Shown here piece by piece: positions 8,734-19,266 of a DNA stretch of 44,210 nt. How positions within the stretch are numbered: position 1 is the first letter of the stretch; each line of letters begins with the position of its first letter. Source of the DNA: a virus. Its lineage: Duplodnaviria > Caudoviricetes. A program made the translations under genes and the position numbers. The stretch covers positions 1 through 44,210 of the IMG/VR virus record IMGVR_UViG_3300005663_000089. One strand, given 5' to 3'. The notes beneath the pieces are model-generated. The model was not told the origin of the DNA and did no database searches. It worked only from the letters and a program-made list of their open reading frames with translations.

Positions 8734-8845
8734 CCCCTGAGGGGGATAGAATAAAAGAAGAAATAGAGAACATGAAATAGTTTTGTTTTTGTAGTGGGAC
8801 AATCGCACTTCCTTATCAGGTGAAACAAAATCAATAGAAAGTTCG

Positions 8846-8853
8846 TAACTTTG
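8846..8853 (+). promoter_or_regulatory. Bacteroidota -7 promoter element upstream of terminase genes
   Basis: TAACTTTG matches TAnnTTTG, 23 nt before the terS ATG. Confidence 0.55.
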
Positions 8854-8876
8854 TCTATAATAGACGTTTTTAGACT

Positions 8877-9122
8877 ATGGCAGACAAGAATGGCAATAAG
8901 ACCGGAGGAAGACAATCAGGTTCTAAGAACAAAGTAGGCAAAGCCTTTAAAGACTTGCTTACAGAAACCTACCAAGCATTAGAAGATGATCCTAAACATG
9001 GGCTAAAGAAATTTGCAGAAGAGCACCCTTCAGATTTTTATCGCATTTGTTCTAAACTCGTGCCCCAGGAAATGGCAGCAGAGCTTACTGGAGAACTCAC
9101 CATTAGAGTAGTACGTGACTGA
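8877..9122 (+). CDS. terS: Terminase small subunit
   Basis: KTGGRQSGSKNK N-terminal motif; directly upstream of terL. Confidence 0.7.
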   Translation: MADKNGNKTGGRQSGSKNKVGKAFKDLLTETYQALEDDPKHGLKKFAEEHPSDFYRICSKLVPQEMAAELTGELTIRVVRD

Positions 9123-10350
9123 ATTAGAAGTACGCTTTCCCACTTTACACCCCTCTCAGCAAGAGGTAATAGATTCAGCTTTAAGATTCAATCATCTTAG
9201 ATGCGGAAGAAGATGGGGCAAGACCACTTTAATCGTAGAATTGTGCGACCCTTCTTTAGATGGATACCCGGTAGGCATTTGGTTTCCCACTTACAAAGAC
9301 TTATCAGAGGTTTGGCATGAGGTTAAGAAGGCTTACCATCAGGTTATCTCCAAGAAAGACGAACAACTTAAACAACTTAGGTTAATATCGGGAGGGGTTA
9401 TTGACTTCTGGTCTATGGAAAACCCTGATAGTGGTCAGGGACGTAAATACAAGCGAGCCATCATCGATGAAGCCTCAAAAGCCCCTAAACTACTAGAAGC
9501 GTGGAAGAACACCATAAGACCCACCTTAACCGATTACAGGGGTGACGGTTGGATACTAAGCAGACCCAAAGGAAAGAACAATGACTTTTATTTGATTGAA
9601 GAGGATTACAAGCAGTTTGATAACTGGAAGTTCTTTCACTATACTATCTATGATAACCCCTATATCGACAGAGAGGAAATAGAAGAATGGAAATTCCAAG
9701 AGGAAGGGGTGGTGTTTCGCCAAGAGGGATTAGCTGAGTATGTAGATGCCAATGTATCGGTATTTGCGTTTAACTTCAACAAGAGCCATATAGGAAAGAC
9801 AGAATGGAGGGCAGATTTAGAAACGCTATTGTCATTTGACTTTAACAGAGAGCCGTTGACTTGCGTGATAGCCCAGAAGCCTGATTTCAACAAGATTCAC
9901 TTTATAGAGGATATATCAGTAATCAACGTAGACATAGAGGAAATGTGTAATCAAGTTATGGCTAAGTATCCAGATGCTTTATTTAGAGTAACTGGAGATC
10001 AGACGGGAGAGAATGAGAGCGCACTTAAAAAAGGTCTTACCTACTATCGAAAGATAAAAGAGCTATTGACTTTAACTGATGGTCAGGTATCACTCCCTGG
10101 CAAGAACCCTTTGCATAGGATTTCAAGGATGGAAACCAATATGATACTTGCTAAGTGCGAGGTAATCTATGATAAGGATAACTGCAAGGATAGTATTTGG
10201 GATTTGCAGAATGTCGAATACGATCCTGAGAAGCTAAAGATTATTAAGGATTCAAGGCAGTCTAAGAAGCAACAGGCAGACTTTTTGGACTGTACTAGAT
10301 ATATGTTTAGTACTTTTATGCGTGATGAACTAACTTATTTGGGGTTATGA
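9115..10350 (+). CDS. terL: Terminase large subunit
   Basis: Walker A CGRRWGKTT, Walker B AIIDEA, DNPYI, nuclease SFDFN and DFLDCTRY. Confidence 0.95.
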   Translation: MTELEVRFPTLHPSQQEVIDSALRFNHLRCGRRWGKTTLIVELCDPSLDGYPVGIWFPTYKDLSEVWHEVKKAYHQVISKKDEQLKQLRLISGGVIDFWSMENPDSGQGRKYKRAIIDEASKAPKLLEAWKNTIRPTLTDYRGDGWILSRPKGKNNDFYLIEEDYKQFDNWKFFHYTIYDNPYIDREEIEEWKFQEEGVVFRQEGLAEYVDANVSVFAFNFNKSHIGKTEWRADLETLLSFDFNREPLTCVIAQKPDFNKIHFIEDISVINVDIEEMCNQVMAKYPDALFRVTGDQTGENESALKKGLTYYRKIKELLTLTDGQVSLPGKNPLHRISRMETNMILAKCEVIYDKDNCKDSIWDLQNVEYDPEKLKIIKDSRQSKKQQADFLDCTRYMFSTFMRDELTYLGL

Positions 10351-10525
10351 TTGACTTAAACAAATACATACCGTTAGAAAGCTTTATCTCTATGAGGTTA
10401 GCTGATTGGGGAGGGTTTGACTACTTAGCCTATGACAATAGACGCAAGGTATATATTACAACTTCAGAGGAGGGATTGTATCAACTAAGGCAATGTGAAG
10501 TGCTATTCACCTATTCCAATAACTG

Positions 10526-10828
10526 ATGAAGAGTATTGCTGAAGGATTTAAATATATGCCTCCAACAGAAGAAGAAATAAAGATGGTTGATCGACTTATT
10601 ACTGATGCGTTTATGCCCCCTGAAGTTCATCACCTCGAACAAACGATCAATAAACTTATGCTTAATAAACTTGATCCTGTTTGGATAAGAGCATTTAAGA
10701 TTTATAATAAGCATAATCCATTTGTAGGTATGAATTGCCCTCCATGTTATTATAAGGTAATTGAATTTCATATAAAACGAAATAAAATGGCAGTTGCTCA
10801 CCGCACAGAGACACCCAAAACCAAATAA
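10526..10828 (+). CDS. Hypothetical protein
   Basis: GMNCPPC motif. Confidence 0.6.
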   Translation: MKSIAEGFKYMPPTEEEIKMVDRLITDAFMPPEVHHLEQTINKLMLNKLDPVWIRAFKIYNKHNPFVGMNCPPCYYKVIEFHIKRNKMAVAHRTETPKTK

Positions 10829-10832
10829 TATT

Positions 10833-11162
10833 ATGGATTATCAAATATTAGTTCTTTTAATTCTGAATAGCCTTTACATCTTTGGATTCTCAATGGCTAC
10901 TGAATACGGTCTTACCGTAGACAAGACTCCAGACCCAAAGGATAAGGAACTCCTATGGTGGATACGTTGGGGGCTTAGAAACGCTCCTATGTGGGTACAG
11001 AAGCCTATTTTCGGTTGTGTGGTATGTATGGCGAGTCTGCACTCCTGGGTTTACCCTCTATTCTACCATGAGTTAACTTTAACCAACTTACTAACGTATA
11101 TAATTTATATCTTTGCCCTATCCGGCTTTAATGCCTTTGTAAATGGTAGACTTTCTGACTAA
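10833..11162 (+). CDS. Membrane protein with CxxC (DUF1360-like)
   Basis: Hydrophobic helices and FGCVVCMAS; MDYQ start more likely than 10794. Confidence 0.55.
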   Translation: MDYQILVLLILNSLYIFGFSMATEYGLTVDKTPDPKDKELLWWIRWGLRNAPMWVQKPIFGCVVCMASLHSWVYPLFYHELTLTNLLTYIIYIFALSGFNAFVNGRLSD

Positions 11163-11355
11163 TCAGGGATTTCAAGTATTTAAGAGTTGTAATTGTAACG
11201 GAGGAGAGGCAAAGTTTAAGAAAGACGGGATGCCGGGGATTGTTATCTTTATCAGAAAGAGATTTCAGACTTACGAGATACTAAGGTCTAACGAAGTGAT
11301 TAACCGGGGAATGGCACACCACTTACCAACAGAGTATAATAAGTTATTTGCATGA
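11143..11355 (+). CDS. Hypothetical protein
   Basis: ORF with overlapping start/stop. Confidence 0.55.
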   Translation: MVDFLTNQGFQVFKSCNCNGGEAKFKKDGMPGIVIFIRKRFQTYEILRSNEVINRGMAHHLPTEYNKLFA

Positions 11356-11594
11356 GATTTTTAGACTGGTTAATAGGGCTTCTTTTCGGAAAAGACTTCT
11401 TTAATTTTAAAAGCCAAGAGCCTAGTAGGTTAACCACCAAGCCCAAAAGAGATTATAGGCTAAAGCCTGGTTGCAAGTATTGGTACTTCAATAAGCACGG
11501 ACGTGATACTGGATATATAGTTTTTACTTGTCTTGCACGTAACTGGACAAACGCATTAAGGAAATTCAATAATTATAAATCTGCATTAGTGTGA
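11352..11594 (+). CDS. Hypothetical protein
   Basis: ATGA-coupled ORF. Confidence 0.55.
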   Translation: MRFLDWLIGLLFGKDFFNFKSQEPSRLTTKPKRDYRLKPGCKYWYFNKHGRDTGYIVFTCLARNWTNALRKFNNYKSALV

Positions 11595-12196
11595 TTAAAA
11601 GACTTTACTACTTCTTTAAATCCTACTTCGAGAAGAAGCCTGAAGTAAAAGACCCTATTATAAAAGTCTTCTCAATAGAAGGGGTAAACTACTATAAGTT
11701 CAAGGACATATCTAAGGTAAAGTGCCAACGTGCACTCACCTGCAATGACTTCTGGAATGAACTGTCTATGCGTACCACAAGGGACTTTCTTATCAAGCAT
11801 ACTAAAGCAATGGAGACCGTATTGACTGATAATACAAAGATTGACATAGGAAAACTCTTTAAGCTCAACCAACAGCTCCAGGAGAGATTAGAAATGATCT
11901 ACGAGACAGACATTATCTACAAGATAGCCTCAGTAATGTTTTTCACTAAAGACGAGAACATACTTGACTACGACGATCTATTGGGAAGGGAAAAGATAGA
12001 TTTGTTTAAGCGACAGGACAGGGAAGATGAAAGGATGGGTTTTTTTTTCGGGACGCTCTTCAAGAGTATCATAGGTTCGACGGATATGTCCGACAAAGAT
12101 TTAGCAACTTATATGACAGTGGGCAGCCAGATAACGACGGAGCATTTGAAAACCATTTCTACCATATTATCCAAGAAAAACGCGATGAGCGTATGA
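11591..12196 (+). CDS. Putative tail assembly chaperone (gpG-like)
   Basis: Upstream of the tape measure; contains GGT TTT TTT TTC slippery run. Confidence 0.65.
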   Translation: MIKRLYYFFKSYFEKKPEVKDPIIKVFSIEGVNYYKFKDISKVKCQRALTCNDFWNELSMRTTRDFLIKHTKAMETVLTDNTKIDIGKLFKLNQQLQERLEMIYETDIIYKIASVMFFTKDENILDYDDLLGREKIDLFKRQDREDERMGFFFGTLFKSIIGSTDMSDKDLATYMTVGSQITTEHLKTISTILSKKNAMSV

Positions 12197-12336
12197 CCTC
12201 TAACATGGCACTAGCATCAGCAAACAATATGAGTTACGATCAGCTAAAGGAATTTGGTTGGTATGACCATCATATCCTGTTAGAGAAAACCCGGGCATCT
12301 AGCCGACAGAAAACACCTACAGAAGATGGCTGGTAA
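12040..12336 (+). CDS. -1 frame extension (gpT-like) of the tail chaperone
   Basis: -1 frame has TGA at 12028, then is open from the T-run to TAA 12334-12336, overlapping the TMP ATG. Confidence 0.6.
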   Translation, partial: FFFRDALQEYHRFDGYVRQRFSNLYDSGQPDNDGAFENHFYHIIQEKRDERMTSNMALASANNMSYDQLKEFGWYDHHILLEKTRASSRQKTPTEDGW

Positions 12337-15110
12337 TGGCGACTCTTGATACCGTAGTTATAAGGATCGTTAGCGATACAAAGGACATTAAAAAGACTAC
12401 TGATGTTCTCAAAGAGCAGGGTAAGGTAGAAGAAAAGAACATTAAAATCTTTGAAGAAGCTGGGAAAAAGCGAAAAGCTTTACTTGCTGAGACCATTAAA
12501 GACCTTGAAAGAGTCAAGCGTAATAGAAAGTCAGCATTTGATGTAAAGACTCTTCAACTTTTCGACAAGGAGATAGCAGACATTAACAAAGACATTAAAA
12601 TACTTGAAGGTAATGTTGAATCACTTGATAAAACCTCAGATGGATTAGGGAACACTCTTGGTTCAATAGGAAAAGTCTTAGTAGGTGCATTTGCAGTAAA
12701 AAGCATTCTAAACTTTGGGGAGCATTTACTTGAAGTAGGAACTGAATCAGAAGCCTTTGAGAAAAGAGCACAAACAGTATTTGGTAATTCACTAGAAATA
12801 GTAGAGAAGTTCGCAGAACAAAGTGCTAAATCATTAGGATTAACTGAAGTTGGATTTCTAGGCGCAGCCGCAGCAATAGGTGATATACTTGTTCCTTTGG
12901 GATTAAGCCGGGAGCGAGCAGCAGAGATGTCAGTAGAAGCGGTTAAATTGGGGGGCGCGTTAAAAGAGTTTACCGGAGATTCAAGAAGTGCTGCTGAAAT
13001 TTCTAATATAGTAGCAAGATCATTAACCGGAGAAGTAGAAGGACTAAAAACCCTGGGGGTTGTAATAGACCAAACTAGCATACAATTTAAGGATTTAGTA
13101 AAGTCAAAACAAGTTGATTTAGGCTTAACCCAACAACAAGCAAAAGCAGAAGCCATATTTCAAATAGCTATCGATAGTTCCGGGGATGCCTTAAAATCCT
13201 TTGAAACTAATACTAATAGTTTGGCTCGTCAGCAAGCTATATTAACTGCTACACTTGAAGAACAAACAGAACATTTAGCTGAACTTCTGACACCCGCTTT
13301 TCTTGCAGCATTAAAAGGGATTAATAGTTTCTCCAAAACAACAAAGGATTTAATAGATGATCTTGTTATAGAGAATAAAGAATTTGCCATTCAGGGAAAA
13401 GAGATAAGCACTTTAATAAATCGTCATGATAAGTTAGCATCGCAAACAGAGTTAAATGCAGAAGAACAAGAAGAGTTAAAAAACATTATTCAAGATTTAG
13501 CCGGCATAGTCCCGCAAGCAGCCACAGAGTTTGATAGATTTGGGAATGCCCTAGAGATAAATACTGACATAGTGATAGCAAACCTTAAACAACAACAAAA
13601 ATTGTTGCTATTAAGGAATGCTGAAAGGATTAGAGAGACAAGAGAAGAGATAGAAGATTTCACGGGTGCAGTAGATAAAAATACAGAATCATTAAACAAG
13701 GGCTTTACAACAATCGTTAGGTTTAGTAAGGCAGGATTTAAGGCGACTACTGATGAAGTAAAATTAACCGCTGGTCAGATTAATAACCTGAGAAATGAGA
13801 ACACATTACTTAATGCAGATATAGCCGATTTATTGCTTGGCTTAGAAGAGTTAGGCATTGAACTTACTGATGTTGAAAAAGATTTTATTGATGCCGCTTT
13901 AGGAACAGATAGATTTAAAAAATCAATAGAGGATTCAGATGGAGTCATTAAAGAGCAAGTAAGAAATATATTTTTCTTAAAAAACGCTATAAGCGAACTC
14001 AGAAAAGAACAAGCCGCCCAAAATACAAGCACTCAAAGAATTGCCCAGATTACCCGAGAGTTAATCCCCCTACAAAAAGAACTTAACGATTTATTGGGTA
14101 AAGACAAGGCTTCCGACCCTATTGAATTATTAAGCAAGCGTATATCTGAACTCAGAAAAGAATTATTGAATCAGGCGTTAGCGGGCAATGTCTCTAAGGA
14201 TACAATTAAGGAGTTAAACGAAGCAGTAGATGTGCTTACCTCTGCTGAGATAGAGTTAAAGATAGCCCTTACCGATACCCTAGACCCATTAGAGGCTCAG
14301 AAGCTGGGACTAGATAAGATAGGGGACTCAGCCCAGACTACTGGTGACTTAGTAAAGGATTTCCAGAAGATACAAAGAGATGAGATAGAGGCAACCACAG
14401 AAAAGCGTTTAGAAGCCATTGGCATAGCCTCAGATGCCGAACAACAGGCATTCAGGATACTTGCCCAGATCAACACAAACAAGCTAATAGCCATTGATAA
14501 CGAGGAAATACGTGCATTGAGGTCATTGGAGAAACAAGGACTAAGCGAGGAAGAGTTAGCAAAGAAAAGAACGGAGATTCTTGAAAGGACAGATCGGGAA
14601 AGAGCTAAGATACTTACCAGGCAAGCCCAGCAGGATAAGATAGCAGCGATTATATCAGCAACCATCAATACCGCAGTTGAGGTGACTAAAGTACTTGCTA
14701 ACCCGGCATTAGCAGCACTTGTAGCGGCATTAGGATTATTAGAGATAGCGGTAATAGCCTCTCAGCCTATACCAGAGTTCCACGAGGGTAAGAAGCCAGA
14801 GCTAAAGGAAGGGGAGATGTATGCTAAGATTCTAAAGACTGAAAGCATTATACCTCCAGAACAGTCCAAGAAATACAAAGGAGCTATTGATTCTATGATA
14901 GATCATAATTTTGATAATTACGTTATGCAAGAGTATATGCTTCCCATTATGAAAAACATGGGTAAGGATAAGGTATCTGATCCGTTTAATGATGTTCATC
15001 TGTGGAGCAACCAGAGAAAACAGATTAAGTTAATGCAAGAGGGCAATACATTAGCCAAGACTATGATCAGGGCTATGGAGAGCAGTAATAGGAGGAGGTC
15101 ATGGCATTAG
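12336..15110 (+). CDS. Tail tape measure protein
   Basis: 924 aa, Ala/Leu-rich helical; SLTGEVEGLKTLGV motif; C-terminal IASQPIPEFHEG. Confidence 0.9.
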   Translation: MATLDTVVIRIVSDTKDIKKTTDVLKEQGKVEEKNIKIFEEAGKKRKALLAETIKDLERVKRNRKSAFDVKTLQLFDKEIADINKDIKILEGNVESLDKTSDGLGNTLGSIGKVLVGAFAVKSILNFGEHLLEVGTESEAFEKRAQTVFGNSLEIVEKFAEQSAKSLGLTEVGFLGAAAAIGDILVPLGLSRERAAEMSVEAVKLGGALKEFTGDSRSAAEISNIVARSLTGEVEGLKTLGVVIDQTSIQFKDLVKSKQVDLGLTQQQAKAEAIFQIAIDSSGDALKSFETNTNSLARQQAILTATLEEQTEHLAELLTPAFLAALKGINSFSKTTKDLIDDLVIENKEFAIQGKEISTLINRHDKLASQTELNAEEQEELKNIIQDLAGIVPQAATEFDRFGNALEINTDIVIANLKQQQKLLLLRNAERIRETREEIEDFTGAVDKNTESLNKGFTTIVRFSKAGFKATTDEVKLTAGQINNLRNENTLLNADIADLLLGLEELGIELTDVEKDFIDAALGTDRFKKSIEDSDGVIKEQVRNIFFLKNAISELRKEQAAQNTSTQRIAQITRELIPLQKELNDLLGKDKASDPIELLSKRISELRKELLNQALAGNVSKDTIKELNEAVDVLTSAEIELKIALTDTLDPLEAQKLGLDKIGDSAQTTGDLVKDFQKIQRDEIEATTEKRLEAIGIASDAEQQAFRILAQINTNKLIAIDNEEIRALRSLEKQGLSEEELAKKRTEILERTDRERAKILTRQAQQDKIAAIISATINTAVEVTKVLANPALAALVAALGLLEIAVIASQPIPEFHEGKKPELKEGEMYAKILKTESIIPPEQSKKYKGAIDSMIDHNFDNYVMQEYMLPIMKNMGKDKVSDPFNDVHLWSNQRKQIKLMQEGNTLAKTMIRAMESSNRRRSWH

Positions 15111-17068
15111 AGAAATACCAGTTTAAAATAGAGGGTGTTATTATACAAACTCCTGAAGGGTGGAAGGAATTTGAGCTTCGCCTAAAGAGGGATGATGATA
15201 TAGCGGGACTCTTGATAAGTTCTACCAATAAGTTCACATTTCAGAGAGATGGGTATTTGGCTTTAAAAAGCAGGTTTGATGATAACTACAATGACAAGGT
15301 CAATGTAACAATAGACATACTGCAATCTGATAATACTTACTTAGAGAAGTATTCGGGGGTAGTTATATTGACAGACGTTAAATTCAATCTTGAAAAGCTC
15401 ACCGCAGAGGCTACTATTGAAGACTCCAGTTTTCAGGGAGCAATACAGAGCAATAAGAACATAAAAGCCTTTTTAAACTCCGGCATTACCAAGAACGGGG
15501 AGGAGGTGACAGTTCCTACAGAGTTTGAGTTGGATTACTTTCAATCCAATGGCAGCTATAGTCCTGTTCAAACTAGAACGCACTTCAGGGTAAAGGATGC
15601 ACTGGACTTCCTTGTACGGTTTATGACAGACGATATAGTAAAGGGTGTTCAATCCATATACCTGGATGATGAGAGTAATTTCGAGGGAGATTCATTGCTT
15701 TACATAACAACCGGAGAAGAGATAAGAATAAACTCAGCACCAGCCCCTAATGTATCTTTTTCAGAGCTTATAACCTTCCTTCAGGTTACCCATGACTTAT
15801 CTTTTGATTTTGTGACCAATACCAACGGAGACAAGGTAATGAGAATAGAAGAGAGGGAGTTTTTCTTCAATCAATCCTCTATCGATACCATCAGGGATAT
15901 TTTAGACCTTAGCGTTCAAATAGACGCAAATAAGATTTCCTCACACTTGGAGGTAGGTAACAATACCGCATTTACCTCAGGAAATTGTTCGGCTACAACC
16001 AGGTTCTTTTCCTTTCAAAAGGAAGATTACTCACTTAGGGGAAAGGGGAATGTTGATGGGTTGTTAAATCTGACCAACGACCTTGTTACAGACTCCAATG
16101 TAATACAGGATGTTGTCAATAACAATAATGATGAATTTGACGATAATATAATTATAGTTATGGGTAATTCGTCAGCAAGCCAGGTAACAAGATTTCAGGA
16201 TGTAGACTTTTGCTCTAACAACTTCTTTTACAATCTGGGATTTTTAAACAACAAGATCATAGACCGTCAGATAAGCTCTATTCCCAATTCCCTTACTAAA
16301 TATCTTACCGCAGCGACCACTCCATCTAAAGCGGAGAAAGGAAATACGGACATTATTCCAATAGACACTACTTTACTATCGGTAATTGTAGACAATACGG
16401 TAAACTATACCGATGAGCAATTCGATCTGGGGAATAACTACAATACCTCTGATGTTAACAACACGTTCTATGATGTGCCGTTTGCAGGTGAGTTTTCTTT
16501 TGAGGTAAGTCTAGAGGTTATCTATTCTATTTCCCAGGCGGCAGCAGGTGTGATAAATAGTGCTCCTATCTTTCATGTATTGTCCATTCAGCAGTTCGAC
16601 AGTTCATTTACAACTTTAAAGGGTGGAGCTTCTACCGTCCGACAGTTTCGATTAGAAGGACCAATAGGGACTAATGAGAGATTTACAGATACCGTTACGG
16701 TTACCCTTACGTGTGCTACGGGAGACAGGATAAGGGTCAATACAAACTCAAACATAACATCGGCTCCTACTTTAACGCTAGTCACTCTTTTGCTAGTCTC
16801 CAATGATCAGGAAACTTTCTTTAAGTGTCTTGGTGCATCGAATGATGCTGGTACTTACAAGGTCTTTGATCCCAATAGTTTTAGGGCTAGGCAATATCGG
16901 TTTGAAAAAAACCTATCTTTGACCAGAACAGATATTATTAGGGCAAATACACGGAACTCGTTAATAATTAATGAGTTGTCAGATACCGACCTCGACAAAG
17001 AAGTATGGATTGAGGAGATGGTAAATAATATAGAGACTGGAGATGTCAGTTTCACAATGATAAACTAA
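15101..17068 (+). CDS. Tail hub/baseplate structural protein
   Basis: Follows TMP; PEGW...LKRD N-terminus; beta-rich. Confidence 0.65.
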   Translation: MALEKYQFKIEGVIIQTPEGWKEFELRLKRDDDIAGLLISSTNKFTFQRDGYLALKSRFDDNYNDKVNVTIDILQSDNTYLEKYSGVVILTDVKFNLEKLTAEATIEDSSFQGAIQSNKNIKAFLNSGITKNGEEVTVPTEFELDYFQSNGSYSPVQTRTHFRVKDALDFLVRFMTDDIVKGVQSIYLDDESNFEGDSLLYITTGEEIRINSAPAPNVSFSELITFLQVTHDLSFDFVTNTNGDKVMRIEEREFFFNQSSIDTIRDILDLSVQIDANKISSHLEVGNNTAFTSGNCSATTRFFSFQKEDYSLRGKGNVDGLLNLTNDLVTDSNVIQDVVNNNNDEFDDNIIIVMGNSSASQVTRFQDVDFCSNNFFYNLGFLNNKIIDRQISSIPNSLTKYLTAATTPSKAEKGNTDIIPIDTTLLSVIVDNTVNYTDEQFDLGNNYNTSDVNNTFYDVPFAGEFSFEVSLEVIYSISQAAAGVINSAPIFHVLSIQQFDSSFTTLKGGASTVRQFRLEGPIGTNERFTDTVTVTLTCATGDRIRVNTNSNITSAPTLTLVTLLLVSNDQETFFKCLGASNDAGTYKVFDPNSFRARQYRFEKNLSLTRTDIIRANTRNSLIINELSDTDLDKEVWIEEMVNNIETGDVSFTMIN

Positions 17069-17069
17069 G

Positions 17070-17516
17070 ATGGCAGCAACAATAATACCTTCAGATGCGG
17101 TAATAACCCAAACCGTGTCGTATACCGAGGGGGCAGAGACAAGAACCGTAACATTTTCTAAAACGGTATCTAGTGTAGCAGACTCAATGAATAGGCTTGT
17201 AGAAGTACCAACCTCGGAAGTAGACCTAGCGACACTTACCTCCGCAGCAGTAGGTAAGGGGCAATCGGAATCCTTTAACTTCTTTAGCCTGATGAATCGG
17301 GATGACACGAACTTTCTTAGGTTAAGAATATATCAAACAGGGGGTGATACAATGGACATTAAGTTAGAGGCATCAGATTGGTTTACCATCTGGAACTCTA
17401 AGTTAGAGGTGAATACTGCACAAGAAGCATTCGTAGTCTTTGTGGATTGGGATACGATTGCGGTACAAGCAGACACAGCACCTATTCAAGCAGAATTTGT
17501 TGCACTCATAGTATGA
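17070..17516 (+). CDS. Putative virion structural protein
   Basis: Beta-rich, within the tail operon. Confidence 0.55.
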   Translation: MAATIIPSDAVITQTVSYTEGAETRTVTFSKTVSSVADSMNRLVEVPTSEVDLATLTSAAVGKGQSESFNFFSLMNRDDTNFLRLRIYQTGGDTMDIKLEASDWFTIWNSKLEVNTAQEAFVVFVDWDTIAVQADTAPIQAEFVALIV

Positions 17517-19048
17517 GTTTCATAGGCAAGCCTACTGAGTTTTTAGATTTGGGTGCGGTAAAGATCAATCCGTTTCCCAAGCTAGTTCCCTGTACTACTA
17601 ATCAGACCTTCTGTCAACCTACAAACCAGTTTGACGATATTGCCTTCCAGTTCCTGGTTTCAGAGAGTACTGAGTTAGTATTAAACGGTGATTTCCAGAC
17701 TGATCCATTTGTTGAGTGGACTATAATAGGATGGTCTAGGGTATTGAATCTGTTGAATTTTACAATGACTCAAACTACGGGAGTCAATGCGTTGTCTCAA
17801 AAAGGAATATTAACGGTAAATGATTTTTACCGGGTAAGGATTACCGTTTCTAATTATTCGGGTGGAATATTAACCGTAGGGGGTGGTACAGGTTCGGCAA
17901 TCACTAATACGGCTCTTTCTATTCTATCTAATGGGACATTTGAAGGATTCTTTCAATACACTGAGGTTGCCGGAGCAGGAGACTTTATCATACAAGGGGT
18001 AGGGGCGATTACAATAGGCATAAGGGTGGATGATGTTTCTGTTATTAAGATTGCGGATACTTCTGATTACGATATACAGATCATAAATCAGGAGACAGGG
18101 GCGTTGATAGATACTGTTCCTTCAGCCAATGTCAGGCTATCGGAAAATATTATCACCGTAGATTATAACTGGACAGATGATGTTACTGTAACCAATGGAT
18201 GCCGCCAGATACAAATTATAGACAACACTAATATATTTGAGGATACTTTTGCCAATAACCAGGGGTGGACACTAGATACTGATATAGTAATTTCGGGAGG
18301 GCTAATGACTTATACTTCTACGGGAGTATCACGTAAAGCCACTATCCCTAATATATTTGTTGTGGGCGAGACTTATCAGATCACCTTTACTACTTCAGGA
18401 GTAACAGGAACGGGCACTGTTCAAGTAATTTGTGGCAGGACATTGGGAACGATAAGAAGCACTAATGCGACCTTCGTAGAGACTTTGACTTGCACCCTTA
18501 CAAATATACTGGAGTTTTCCTTTAACGGAGCAGCAGCCAGTACTGTCTCTATAGATAATGTTCTTATAAGCAAGGAAAACAACATAGCCGGACGTTCAGA
18601 ATGCTATGATTTGCAGACAGACCACGATTGCACACTACTGTTTAAGTGGTCTAATGATGAAAGCTGGGGGGGATTCGACTACTCTATTCCCTCTGTTGGG
18701 ACTGCCTTTAATCAACAACTAAGAATAGAAGCAAAGTTCAGGGGAACTCAATACCCATCAACCAGAATTATAGGGGAGGATTCGGCAGGCAGAAAGACAG
18801 TAGATTACACATTACTTAGAAAGGTAAAGATATTAGACATACATCGTGCTCCTGACTATATGCATGATGCTGTTGCTGCCTTTTTTGCGCAAGACAATAG
18901 GACTATTGAAGATATAAGCTATATTATGGAGGATGAGTACGAACCATCATCTCCCAATGAATCAAGGGTATTATTTAAGGATTTAATGACTTCCAGATCA
19001 GAATTGGAGGTATCAACGCAGCCTAACCAGATAAACAGAAATGTATAG
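17513..19048 (+). CDS. Tail protein with two carbohydrate-binding-like beta-sandwich modules
   Basis: ELVLNGDF...VDDVSV and ...SIDNVLI CBM-like repeats; MSFIGK start overlaps the upstream stop. Confidence 0.6.
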   Translation: MSFIGKPTEFLDLGAVKINPFPKLVPCTTNQTFCQPTNQFDDIAFQFLVSESTELVLNGDFQTDPFVEWTIIGWSRVLNLLNFTMTQTTGVNALSQKGILTVNDFYRVRITVSNYSGGILTVGGGTGSAITNTALSILSNGTFEGFFQYTEVAGAGDFIIQGVGAITIGIRVDDVSVIKIADTSDYDIQIINQETGALIDTVPSANVRLSENIITVDYNWTDDVTVTNGCRQIQIIDNTNIFEDTFANNQGWTLDTDIVISGGLMTYTSTGVSRKATIPNIFVVGETYQITFTTSGVTGTGTVQVICGRTLGTIRSTNATFVETLTCTLTNILEFSFNGAAASTVSIDNVLISKENNIAGRSECYDLQTDHDCTLLFKWSNDESWGGFDYSIPSVGTAFNQQLRIEAKFRGTQYPSTRIIGEDSAGRKTVDYTLLRKVKILDIHRAPDYMHDAVAAFFAQDNRTIEDISYIMEDEYEPSSPNESRVLFKDLMTSRSELEVSTQPNQINRNV

Positions 19049-19266
19049 TGGGACTTAAATTAAGATTAAAGATACGAATAGATAACGGCGCAACCAATGA
19101 GATACATAGGTTCAAAAATGAGCAGTCGCCTATTGTGTGTGATATTCCCGCAGACAAACTATTCAGGCTTAAAATAATTAACGGTGTTTTTAACACTCAG
19201 GAAATAACAATAACTGATGGGGCTATCGTAGAGGTAGGAGACCCGATCGCATACGCAAAAGCATGA
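19048..19266 (+). CDS. Small hypothetical protein
   Basis: Coupled ORF. Confidence 0.55.
   Translation: MGLKLRLKIRIDNGATNEIHRFKNEQSPIVCDIPADKLFRLKIINGVFNTQEITITDGAIVEVGDPIAYAKA

Noticed and set aside
12554-14668. Long minus-strand ORFs within the tape measure gene (and similar ones within other structural genes)
   Set aside because: Antisense shadows of well-supported plus-strand genes.
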